Below are positions 18,531 through 26,417 of a DNA stretch of 64,000 nt, piece after piece. The stretch comes from a virus. Location of the stretch: the IMG/VR virus record IMGVR_UViG_2843860951_000002, positions 16,041 to 80,040 of that record; one strand, 5' to 3'. The notes beneath the pieces were generated by a model. It was not told where the DNA came from, did not search any database, and saw only the letters and a program-made list of their open reading frames with translations. The position numbers and the translations under genes are program-made. Every line of letters starts with the position of its first letter. Position 1 is the stretch's first letter.

Positions 18531-19028
18531 ATGAACTTACGTCAGAAAATAAACGCCCAAGCCACACAAAAGGACGCAGAAGAGGCGTTTGAAAATAGTA
18601 GACCGGAAAGAGAACAGGCAATCCGTTCTCAAATGGATTTCTTAATAAAAAAAATTGAATCATTTTTAACTGAATATATTAGAGAAGGGCACGTAAAAAT
18701 AGATTTCTCTACTTCAATTTATAAAATGGATGGCACAGAACATACTGCGATGCCTTCGTTAATAATTAATTTCCCAAAGGAAGAACTTATTCTGGTGTTG
18801 GATAATGAGCACGGTGCTGCCTCATACAGACTCTCTGCAACACTACGCCACCAACCGTTCACGAGAAACCCGCGAAAAGTGAAATTTCTTTTCAAAAACA
18901 ATTCGTGGCTCCTAAACGGAAAGCTTGTTCCTTCTGATGGCGGCTATGCTTTTTTTCAGGACAATCACAACACTGTAGAGATTACCCCAGACAGCCTAAA
19001 TTGCGCTATTGCATCCATTCTAGCGTGA
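18531..19028 (+). CDS. AT-rich hypothetical cargo protein
   Basis: 165 aa, opposite strand to the structural genes, AT-rich. Confidence 0.65.
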   Translation: MNLRQKINAQATQKDAEEAFENSRPEREQAIRSQMDFLIKKIESFLTEYIREGHVKIDFSTSIYKMDGTEHTAMPSLIINFPKEELILVLDNEHGAASYRLSATLRHQPFTRNPRKVKFLFKNNSWLLNGKLVPSDGGYAFFQDNHNTVEITPDSLNCAIASILA

Positions 19029-19076
19029 AAACATAAATATGTGACGAGATTACCTATCTCGTCACATAACCCCAAT

Positions 19077-20420
19077 TTACCGAGCGAGGCTAAAGCGTTT
19101 GCTTGAAACCCAGCGAGCAGGCACAGGCCGGCTTTCAACCATAAGTTCCGTGAGCCCCCAAACCAAAGCGTCCATTCTGTCTGGGGAATTTCCTGATCCA
19201 GGCACCCATTCCACCATTTGATCTTCAAGGGTGGGAAAAGCGCCGACATGATGCACTTTTTCCTGCTCGTATAGTGCCATAATAGGTTCTGCCCTAACGA
19301 GCTTCCCCCGACTGGCATGCACGACTTTTACAGGTACAGTGCCGTCTTCACTGTGAATTGTTGCTGTAACCATCTCGCCGCCGAAATTGTTTTCAGCCAC
19401 AATTTTATCAGCGTTCCAGTGTTTATATGCCCGAACTGCTTGGCGAGCCCACCCGCCAGGGCTGTAACGGCCAGACAAATCCTCCAGAATGTATCCTTTG
19501 TTATCGGTACCGTAGGCGCAGACGATAATGCCAGTTTCATCAGACCTTTCATGAGATGATCCTGCTGGATCTATAGCAATAACGATTCGCCTGAATATCC
19601 GGTCTGATGATGGTTCAACACGAAGCGCATCCAGCATTTCACGAGTCCAGAGAGTTCCGCTTCCATCATCCAGTAATTCACCATCAAGTTCTTGCCTGCC
19701 CAACGTTGTGCCGCCGTATTTTTCCATAAGCTGGGCTAGAGCTGTACGGCTCAAATTCGCTGCATTATCCTGCGTCCGTGAACGTGTCACGACCGTCAAA
19801 TCACTCTTGGCCAGAGAACGAATAAGAGGAATCGGCTTTGGCGTAGTGGAGCACACAATTCTCGGTGCATCTCCCAGAGGACCATCTACGCGGATTGCCA
19901 TACTGAGCACGTCCCAAGCGTACTCACATTTTCCCCACGTTACGATTTCGTCGCACCATGCGCCATCAAGATTCAGGCCGCGTAATCGTTCCGGTTCTTC
20001 TGCTGAACATAGATGGCAAAGGGCTCCGTTTGGATACAACAATTTCCCTGTGGACGGCTCATAAGTAGGCCTGAACTCAGGCGGAGATATCGCCAGCATT
20101 CCACTAGGGCCTTCAATTTGAACACGGCGAAGGGCATTGGCCGTGGGGCCAACGATTGCCATTTCCTTCCGGCGCCCGCTTTCAATCTCACCACGAACCC
20201 ATTCAGCAGCGGTTCTCGTTTTCCCGCTGCCTCGTCCGCCGAGCAAGAGCCAGACAAACCAGTCACCTGCCGGTGGCAACTGGTCTGGACGAGCCCAGAA
20301 AGACCAGACGTAATGAAGCGCAGCCAGTTCTTCGGATGAAAGTGAACTGAGAACAGCACGGCGTTCATCAGGTGGCAGATCTGCCACCCGTGAAGCTAAA
20401 GATATTTTCAGATCGTCCAA
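19077..20420 (-). CDS. terL: Terminase large subunit of the satellite
   Basis: WARPDQLPP..W.VWLLLGGRGSGKT (Walker A), AWCDEI (Walker B), IAIDPA nuclease motif, DRMDALVW. Confidence 0.93.
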   Translation of the reverse strand: MDDLKISLASRVADLPPDERRAVLSSLSSEELAALHYVWSFWARPDQLPPAGDWFVWLLLGGRGSGKTRTAAEWVRGEIESGRRKEMAIVGPTANALRRVQIEGPSGMLAISPPEFRPTYEPSTGKLLYPNGALCHLCSAEEPERLRGLNLDGAWCDEIVTWGKCEYAWDVLSMAIRVDGPLGDAPRIVCSTTPKPIPLIRSLAKSDLTVVTRSRTQDNAANLSRTALAQLMEKYGGTTLGRQELDGELLDDGSGTLWTREMLDALRVEPSSDRIFRRIVIAIDPAGSSHERSDETGIIVCAYGTDNKGYILEDLSGRYSPGGWARQAVRAYKHWNADKIVAENNFGGEMVTATIHSEDGTVPVKVVHASRGKLVRAEPIMALYEQEKVHHVGAFPTLEDQMVEWVPGSGNSPDRMDALVWGLTELMVESRPVPARWVSSKRFSLAR

Positions 20421-20920
20421 GCGTCTCTCCGGCGTTCAATCTCTGCCATGATTTCTTTTTTGCGAGGCATCACTACTCGCCTGTCTTGTTCTGTCAGTTT
20501 GGCTGCTGGAAACAGAATAAGATTTCCAGGGTGAATAACTTCAAACGAAATTCCCTTGGCCATCAGCCTTTCGACTAGATCAGAAATACTTTCATGAGAT
20601 TGCTGCCGTTGGTCAGGGCTTGCATTCGTAAAGGTTGCATTCGCAAATACGATTGCAGCTAATTCGTTCTCAGGAGCATTTCGTACAGAAATAAAGAATA
20701 CTTCTGCTTCTTTCATTTCTTTATCATATTGCTCTTTAGCCATTTTTGCCCGAACAGCATCCCCTGAATGCTGCTCACGATAATAAATTCCCATCCTTTG
20801 CCGGAGAAGATTAAAACGTGGATCCAATACACGAAAGAGGTCGTGTCCACGTGCGCGCGCCTCTTTGTAGGCGATTGCTACCCTATCTTCGATTGAGAGA
20901 TTCGCATTTAGCTGCGTCAT
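20408..20920 (-). CDS. Hypothetical helical protein
   Basis: 170 aa, overlaps both neighbours. Confidence 0.6.
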   Translation of the reverse strand: MTQLNANLSIEDRVAIAYKEARARGHDLFRVLDPRFNLLRQRMGIYYREQHSGDAVRAKMAKEQYDKEMKEAEVFFISVRNAPENELAAIVFANATFTNASPDQRQQSHESISDLVERLMAKGISFEVIHPGNLILFPAAKLTEQDRRVVMPRKKEIMAEIERRRDAWTI

Positions 20921-21192
20921 TTTTTGCTACCCCATTTTTTTGCCCATTTTTGCAAAGACCGCGAATTAATGCTGTCGCGCATATTGCTCTGGATATCAGC
21001 GTTGATGCGCTTCAGTTGTTTTTTGCATTCTTCTTCGGATGCCATGCGTGCGTTGAATGTAAACGCATCTGGATACCTGTCCTGCAAACAAGAAACTGCT
21101 TGTTCAGGAGAGAGATTTTCATCAGCAATTTTTAGTAAAGTCATATCGTTCAGGCCCGCTTTGATAGCGGCCTGCTCTAATTTTGTGCACAT
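20917..21192 (-). CDS. Mini scaffold-like protein (homolog of the helper scaffold C-terminal domain)
   Basis: LEQAAIKAGLND..LLKIAD..AV..LQDRYPDAF-TFNARMASEEE vs helper AKALATKLGAVSPDDVVRLID..VMDAAKESRGYLF..PFNARKATPEE. Confidence 0.6.
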   Translation of the reverse strand: MCTKLEQAAIKAGLNDMTLLKIADENLSPEQAVSCLQDRYPDAFTFNARMASEEECKKQLKRINADIQSNMRDSINSRSLQKWAKKWGSKK

Positions 21193-21255
21193 GATTTTCT
21201 CTTATAAGTAAGATTATTACTCAAGGAATAGGCTTAATTAAAAGCTTACCCCTGC

Positions 21256-21384
21256 CAATCATCACCAGCCCGGAACACCCGGCACCCGTGGCGTTGAAAG
21301 TGGATCTGGCATAGCATTACTTGCCCGCATTTCGCGGTCATAATCCTTCCTAACCACACTTTGCACATGCCCGGCGATCTGCTT
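21256..21384. repeat. 129-bp perfect direct repeat, copy 2 (3' end of satellite TMP gene)
   Basis: Identical to 4391-4519; similarity extends 9 bp further with two synonymous changes. Confidence 0.97.
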
Positions 21385-23349
21385 GCCGTCTAGATTCACA
21401 GTTACATTTATAGGTGCAGTTCCAAATAACCCTCCTGAGTATTTACCTAAAAACCCATCAATACTTTTTAATGTTTCATTGTTTTTTTCTAAGCTAGCTT
21501 GGAGTTTGTTCGCCCAAGGTGAGAGCACATCCCACGCAGCAAGGCCTGCAGCTAGCGGCATAAATCCTTTAGACGCTCCTTTAGTAACTGTGCCGAATTT
21601 CGACATTCCACTCGGAAGGTATTTTTCAAGAGCGCCACCTACCCAATGGAAGAACCCCACAGCTAAGGCTGTAACGCCTAGATCTACGCCGGCTGTTGCT
21701 AGAGGGGGCACAACATTGGGGTGTTTTTCCGCCTGCCGAGCAGTAAAATTCAGAGTATTGGTTAAAAGTCCCAGTGCGGCCAAACCATCTTTGAAGGGTT
21801 TATCTCCTAAGACAGTTGTGAGGTTTTTAATCGAAGCCGTAAACGCATCAATTTGAACAGACGGAGAATTCTTCATAATACCAACAATATCAGCATGAGA
21901 AAGCTTGCCAGTAGCTGAAGAATCTCGCTCAGCAAGAAGGTAAGTTCGCAGAGTCTCAATCATACTCACGCCTCCTGGAATGCGAGAAGCAACCTGAGAA
22001 AGGCCTTTTGCTTCCATAGCTAATTTCATTTCCGGCGAAGCATCAGTAAATTTTTTCCCATACACCTTAGCCATATATTTATCGATTTTAGGTTTGAGCG
22101 TTTTCTCAATAAATTCATGCGGCGAGAAAATAATCTTAGCCATGTCGTCTGGATCAAGTGCCCCATCCAACATCATGAACTGGCCCATGCCCATTTTCCG
22201 CAAATATTTGTTCGATTTAGCATCACCACCACCATGGATGATTCCCATATCGATCAACATATTTGCTCCTGCCTCTGACATTCTCCCCGCCATAAATTGC
22301 TGAGAAAACCCCTGAAGGCCGGTTCCTGCCCTTGCGGTCCCCATCGACTGAAGTAGTGGAATAAACCATGGCAAATCCTCAGCTTTAAGGGTTGCACCCG
22401 CTGCGCCCGCTGAACGACTAAATTGCAGATATTTCTTGAAATCAACATTTCCCAAAGTGGCAACTTCAGCAGCTAATAACAGAGTACCTAGATTCCGGGC
22501 GCCCTCCACATCCACTTCTTGTTTGCCGGTTTTTTTATCTGTTTTAACTAGAGCTCCACGAAATTCGGCTAGCTGCATAAGGGACTCAAGCTGTGCTGCA
22601 TAATTACCAGACTCAGGATGGTAAGCCCCTGCGGCAATGCCAATTGGTAGGAATGTCGGTAACAAAGTACGAGCTTCAGAAGCACTTTGAGTTATCCGTT
22701 TAAGAACAGAGTATACTTCCAAGTTCCCCATGACATCTGAACCGGCAACTTTCTTTTGAAGGTCCCGAGCCAAAACAATCGCTTTGTCAGCATCCTTAGT
22801 ATCTCCGCCATCATTAGCAATAAGGCGCTGCCGCATTTGCTGAAGATCCATAGCTGGCCTCAAAGCAGTCTTCGCCATATCTCCATACATCTGAAGATCA
22901 AACCCAACTGCCATGGCTTTATTAGCCGCATGTCCAAAGGAGGTCTCTGGCCTCCCAGGGACCCTTCTTCCCTCAGGCTCGGGAGTTAAAGGGGGTTTGG
23001 GCGAAGGGAGAGGAACCTCACTCGGCACCGACACCTTAGGATTTATAATCTGTACTTTCCGCAATTCCTCAAGAGCCTTACGAGCAGAACCCGCAGAAGA
23101 CGTAATATTATCCAGAGACGCCGACATTGTTCTTGTCTGGCTATCAATTCCTCCCAGATTGATACCTTCAATTTCTTTTAACTGCCTGCCAAGGCGAGAA
23201 AGATTGGCACGCCCTAAGGCCTCGAGAAGACTCCTAAGATCATTCCCTGCATCTAATGTCATGCGGAATTGACGCGCGATCTCTTTCAGTAACGCCGGCG
23301 CATTTGAAACAAGTTTATACTCGCCTTGGACTGCATAGCTTGTCGTCAT
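21262..23349 (-). CDS. Tail tape measure protein of the satellite, 695 aa
   Basis: Follows chaperones and a gp10-like gene; N-terminus MTTSYAVQGEYKLV resembles helper MTVEAYKIGVSLV; last 43 aa identical to the helper TMP. Confidence 0.85.
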   Translation of the reverse strand: MTTSYAVQGEYKLVSNAPALLKEIARQFRMTLDAGNDLRSLLEALGRANLSRLGRQLKEIEGINLGGIDSQTRTMSASLDNITSSAGSARKALEELRKVQIINPKVSVPSEVPLPSPKPPLTPEPEGRRVPGRPETSFGHAANKAMAVGFDLQMYGDMAKTALRPAMDLQQMRQRLIANDGGDTKDADKAIVLARDLQKKVAGSDVMGNLEVYSVLKRITQSASEARTLLPTFLPIGIAAGAYHPESGNYAAQLESLMQLAEFRGALVKTDKKTGKQEVDVEGARNLGTLLLAAEVATLGNVDFKKYLQFSRSAGAAGATLKAEDLPWFIPLLQSMGTARAGTGLQGFSQQFMAGRMSEAGANMLIDMGIIHGGGDAKSNKYLRKMGMGQFMMLDGALDPDDMAKIIFSPHEFIEKTLKPKIDKYMAKVYGKKFTDASPEMKLAMEAKGLSQVASRIPGGVSMIETLRTYLLAERDSSATGKLSHADIVGIMKNSPSVQIDAFTASIKNLTTVLGDKPFKDGLAALGLLTNTLNFTARQAEKHPNVVPPLATAGVDLGVTALAVGFFHWVGGALEKYLPSGMSKFGTVTKGASKGFMPLAAGLAAWDVLSPWANKLQASLEKNNETLKSIDGFLGKYSGGLFGTAPINVTVNLDGKQIAGHVQSVVRKDYDREMRASNAMPDPLSTPRVPGVPGW

Positions 23350-23354
23350 TATTG

Positions 23355-23816
23355 TTACTCTTTCAGGCCAGCTATTTCTGTGATTTTTTTTGCAATTTTC
23401 TTTGTAATACTGTGTTCTTTGCGGAATAACGCTGTCGCGATAACTGGACGCGGAGGCTGTTTCATCGTTCCTTCTTCAAACCATTTTGCCACCACATCGG
23501 GATTCCCAATAATCACCTTTGACCCATCTTCAATATAAGATGAATAAAGCGCTCGCATCTCACCTGTTCGCAAGCCCGGTTCATTTTCGGAAAACCCGCG
23601 GGCTAACCTATCCTGTTTGGTACTGATAGCCAGTTCATCCCAAGGGGGAAGGTGACCCATATTTGCCCTTTGGTAGGTACCTACTTCTTCTTTGCAATCA
23701 GCAACAAGCAATATGGCGGCTTTTTCCAAGGCAATCAGTTGCGCTCGTTCTACCACCTCTGGAATTTTTTCCATTTGAGACAAAAAACTTTGTTCACTAA
23801 GCGGATTAGCCGCCAT
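23355..23816 (-). CDS. HK97 gp10-like tail component (satellite copy)
   Basis: ELA.STK..RLARGFSENEPGLRTGEMR, FEEGT.KQPPRP; homologous to 8039-8545; start at MAANP mirrors the helper overlap. Confidence 0.72.
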   Translation of the reverse strand: MAANPLSEQSFLSQMEKIPEVVERAQLIALEKAAILLVADCKEEVGTYQRANMGHLPPWDELAISTKQDRLARGFSENEPGLRTGEMRALYSSYIEDGSKVIIGNPDVVAKWFEEGTMKQPPRPVIATALFRKEHSITKKIAKKITEIAGLKE

Positions 23817-24006
23817 CACTATTGCGCCTATGAAAGCGCCCCTCTCCCAAACTCCATTCGATTTCACCACATGAATCAAGTTCTTTGTTCATAATGCATG
23901 CAGCTGAAATCATCTCGTCTGACCATGTATCAAGAACATGGATGGGGATCCCATTCCGGGCGAGATAAACCAACGCCCGGAAGTTAGGATCCCTTAGGAA
24001 TTTCCC
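23806..24006 (-). CDS. Satellite tail chaperone -1 frameshift extension, missing from the ORF track
   Basis: Slippery G GGA AAT (24000-24006); -1 frame GKFLRDPNFRALVYLARNGIPIHVLDTWSDEMISAACIMNKELDSCGEIEW..DGG* is homologous to the helper extension. Confidence 0.8.
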   Translation of the reverse strand, partial: GKFLRDPNFRALVYLARNGIPIHVLDTWSDEMISAACIMNKELDSCGEIEWSLGEGRFHRRNSDGG

Positions 24007-24425
24007 AGCTTTTCTTCTGGAGCCTCCTGCGTCTTGGCTTGACCTCCGGCTATATCTTCAACAAGCGCTCGCATGTAGGCTTGCTGTCCTATATTCCCGA
24101 TCTTATCCAAAAGATCGCAAATTTCACTTTTGCTCTCTGGGGTCATTTCAGGCTCGCCATCAAGGTCAACAACTGAAACCGCCATCATGACTGCAAAGCT
24201 CACATCGTCATTCTGGATGTTACCCCACATGTCTAAGGCCCTCACCCGTAAACTTAACGGGATAGATTTAAGGAATTGGATCTCCCTTCCTTTTTTATCC
24301 TCTTCAAATTTAACCGTAATACAAGAAGGTTTTTTTCCTCCAATTTTATACTTTGCAGGCCCTTCTTCCCACGAAAAGCCAGCGATTTTAGGGAGTTTAT
24401 CTTTGGAGGTCTTTTCTTTTGTCAT
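23994..24425 (-). CDS. Tail assembly chaperone (satellite copy)
   Basis: MMAVSVVDLDGEPEMTPESKSEICDLLDKIGNIG vs helper MVCSVTAIDGVPVQMPITKDEVKELANDIGNDG. Confidence 0.78.
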   Translation of the reverse strand: MTKEKTSKDKLPKIAGFSWEEGPAKYKIGGKKPSCITVKFEEDKKGREIQFLKSIPLSLRVRALDMWGNIQNDDVSFAVMMAVSVVDLDGEPEMTPESKSEICDLLDKIGNIGQQAYMRALVEDIAGGQAKTQEAPEEKLGNS

Positions 24426-24625
24426 TTGCGGGGCCCTGCTTTATCAGAATGATTATTAAAAATATTACATGACGGGGAAACTTCGTAAGCAGCTCCATAT
24501 GGGATAGGGATACCAGATATCCGGGCGCTGTTATTCTGGCACCCAATCACGATGTATGCCGCGCTACGGGCTGGCTCAATTGGCTCTGCTGTAGCAATAG
24601 TTTCAAGAGTGTCTCGTGAAAACAT
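24422..24625 (-). CDS. Small hypothetical protein
   Basis: GGAGG RBS, ATGA coupling to the chaperone gene. Confidence 0.55.
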   Translation of the reverse strand: MFSRDTLETIATAEPIEPARSAAYIVIGCQNNSARISGIPIPYGAAYEVSPSCNIFNNHSDKAGPRK

Positions 24626-24642
24626 TGTCCCTCCGTGGACAT

Positions 24643-24666
24643 AAAAAAACCCGCTGTAAAGCGGGA
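24643..24666 (-). terminator. Intrinsic terminator upstream of the satellite tail module
   Basis: CCCGC-TTTACA-GCGGG followed by a T7 run on the minus strand. Confidence 0.65.
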
Positions 24667-25095
24667 TTAAAAACTAACTTTTGCATCTGTTCGTTCAGGC
24701 GGATCTAGTAAATCCGCATAACAAAAAGTGCCCGGCAATATGGTGAAGGGGCCGCCAACATACGTGATTCCTTCTCCGCCTTTCAGGTCTGTTAAGTAGG
24801 CGACCTGCCCAGGGGGAATTGTCTTATTCCCTGTGCCAGTTTCAAAGCCATTTACTGGTGGAGATAGCTGAAGCTGCGGCGCTTCTGGATTTCCGGGGGT
24901 GTAAAATAGTGTCAGATTACCTTTACCACCATTACGGATTGCCATGACTGCGGCATCCTGTAGCTGATCAGGTACCGTGATAGTAGCTGTCCCGCAGATG
25001 GGAGCAGCGGGCACAGCCATCGCGCCACTTACGCCGCCTGGTGCATCTGGATAAGCACTTGGATTTTGTGATGTCGTGATAAACAATCTTTTCAT
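24667..25095 (-). CDS. Hypothetical Pro/Gly-rich, beta-rich protein
   Basis: Start MKRLF with AAGGA RBS; no family recognised. Confidence 0.6.
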   Translation of the reverse strand: MKRLFITTSQNPSAYPDAPGGVSGAMAVPAAPICGTATITVPDQLQDAAVMAIRNGGKGNLTLFYTPGNPEAPQLQLSPPVNGFETGTGNKTIPPGQVAYLTDLKGGEGITYVGGPFTILPGTFCYADLLDPPERTDAKVSF

Positions 25096-25106
25096 ATCGT
25101 TTCCTT

Positions 25107-25769
25107 TTATTCGCTGGACAAAACTCCAGATACCGCTTTGGCTGTCCACTTCCCTCCACGGGGAGTGCGGACAGATCGCTGGTCAAGTTCGTTCGCGATA
25201 GTTTGCAAACTCATTCCTTGGCCGCGCAATTCCTTGATCAGAGGGCGAACAGAAGCCCGGAACTCTTCTTTTTTCCGTCTCACAGCTGCTGTGCCGGCTT
25301 TCTGATCCACTTTTGGGCCGCCTCTATAACCACCTAGCTTAACGCCACGTGCCTTGGCAGCAGCCAACGCCTCTTTCGTGCGCTGGGATATGGCTTCCCG
25401 TTCTTGTTGGGCCACAAGCGCCATAATCCCTATAGTCATCTGATTGGCGCCGGGCATATCTGCGGCGACGAAATTGATGCCTGCGTCTTTTAAGCCGATA
25501 AGGAATGCAGCGTTACGAGAAAGCCGGTCGATTTTGGCTATGACAAGCGTTGCACCTGTCAGACGACATTCTTTCATGGCCAATTCTAATTGAGGACGGG
25601 CATCATTCTTCCCAGTTTCAATTTCAGTGAATTCGGCCAGCAATTCCCAATCACCGCCATTTAGGAAATTTCGGACAGTGTGCTGCTGTGCCTCTATTCC
25701 AAGACCAGATTTTCCTTGTTTTTCAGTGCTTACGCGGTAGTAGGCGACAAATTTTCCGTTCATGTTCAA
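25107..25769 (-). CDS. Serine recombinase (resolvase/invertase family)
   Basis: FVAYYRVSTEKQ, DRLSR, ERE.IS.RTK.AL..AKARG, C-terminal helical DNA-binding region. Confidence 0.93.
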   Translation of the reverse strand: MNMNGKFVAYYRVSTEKQGKSGLGIEAQQHTVRNFLNGGDWELLAEFTEIETGKNDARPQLELAMKECRLTGATLVIAKIDRLSRNAAFLIGLKDAGINFVAADMPGANQMTIGIMALVAQQEREAISQRTKEALAAAKARGVKLGGYRGGPKVDQKAGTAAVRRKKEEFRASVRPLIKELRGQGMSLQTIANELDQRSVRTPRGGKWTAKAVSGVLSSE

Positions 25770-25798
25770 ATCCAGACGACGAAGGTTGTCTGATTTTG

Positions 25799-26227
25799 CT
25801 ACGGACTTTTCTCACTATTTGCAATCGTTTTTTTTGTCTCATTTTCTGGCTCAAGATCAATTACTGGCTTCTGTTGCGGTTTGAATGCTTCCAGCATCTG
25901 ACTGATCTTTTCTACCATGTGTGTACCAGAGACTTCCTGCTGACCATCCTTTGGCGTTGCATCCGCTGTAACCTGCATGGAAAGCCTTGGCCGACAATAT
26001 GGAAGTGCTGCTTGATAAGCTTTCACGCGCAATTCTAAGGGCGTTTCTGGACTGTCAGCAATTTCCAGCAGCGAAAGAAGCGGATCTCGGCCTTCTTCCA
26101 TAATCTGCACCAATGTCTGCCGCGCTTTAACCATAACTTTTTGTGGTCGTTTGCTCTGCCACTCAGCACCTGATTTACGGCCAGCGCCTTTACGCTTTCC
26201 TCCTGAGCCGCTCGAGGTTCCTGGCAT
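25799..26227 (-). CDS. terS: Putative terminase small subunit of the satellite
   Basis: GGKRKGAGRK..., DPL..LLEIA....PLELRVKAYQAALPYCRPRL, a motif I associate with small packaging subunits. Confidence 0.55.
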   Translation of the reverse strand: MPGTSSGSGGKRKGAGRKSGAEWQSKRPQKVMVKARQTLVQIMEEGRDPLLSLLEIADSPETPLELRVKAYQAALPYCRPRLSMQVTADATPKDGQQEVSGTHMVEKISQMLEAFKPQQKPVIDLEPENETKKTIANSEKSP

Positions 26228-26417
26228 TCAATACTCCTATTTCCCCCGATCTTGGGGTTTCACGCACGCGCTGCGCGCAGAAGCCAGAATGCTCCTACGC
26301 CAACGGGCGGGGCAAGCGGGGCTATGCACAGCCTCGCGCCTGATTTGATTATAACGGGGCTGGCAGTTGGCAACGCATGCCCAATTCACCTATGCAGAAT
26401 TCCTAAACACTGGAAAC

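Noticed and set aside
4391-21384. 129-bp direct repeat as attL/attR of a 16.9-kb element
   Set aside because: Both copies are TMP 3' ends, and the interval would cut through the satellite. The capsid split, 8-bp core and IHF arms define the real boundaries.
21256-21393. 129-bp repeat as a diversity-generating retroelement TR/VR pair
   Set aside because: No reverse transcriptase in the window; the copies are identical, and the two flanking differences are synonymous T/C changes, not adenine-specific.
24667-25095. Satellite tail tube gene
   Set aside because: Size and position fit, but there is no visible similarity to the helper tube, unlike the three downstream genes.
25107-25769. Invertible tail-fibre shufflon driven by the serine recombinase
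   Set aside because: No inverted repeat pair or fibre genes were found in the element by eye.
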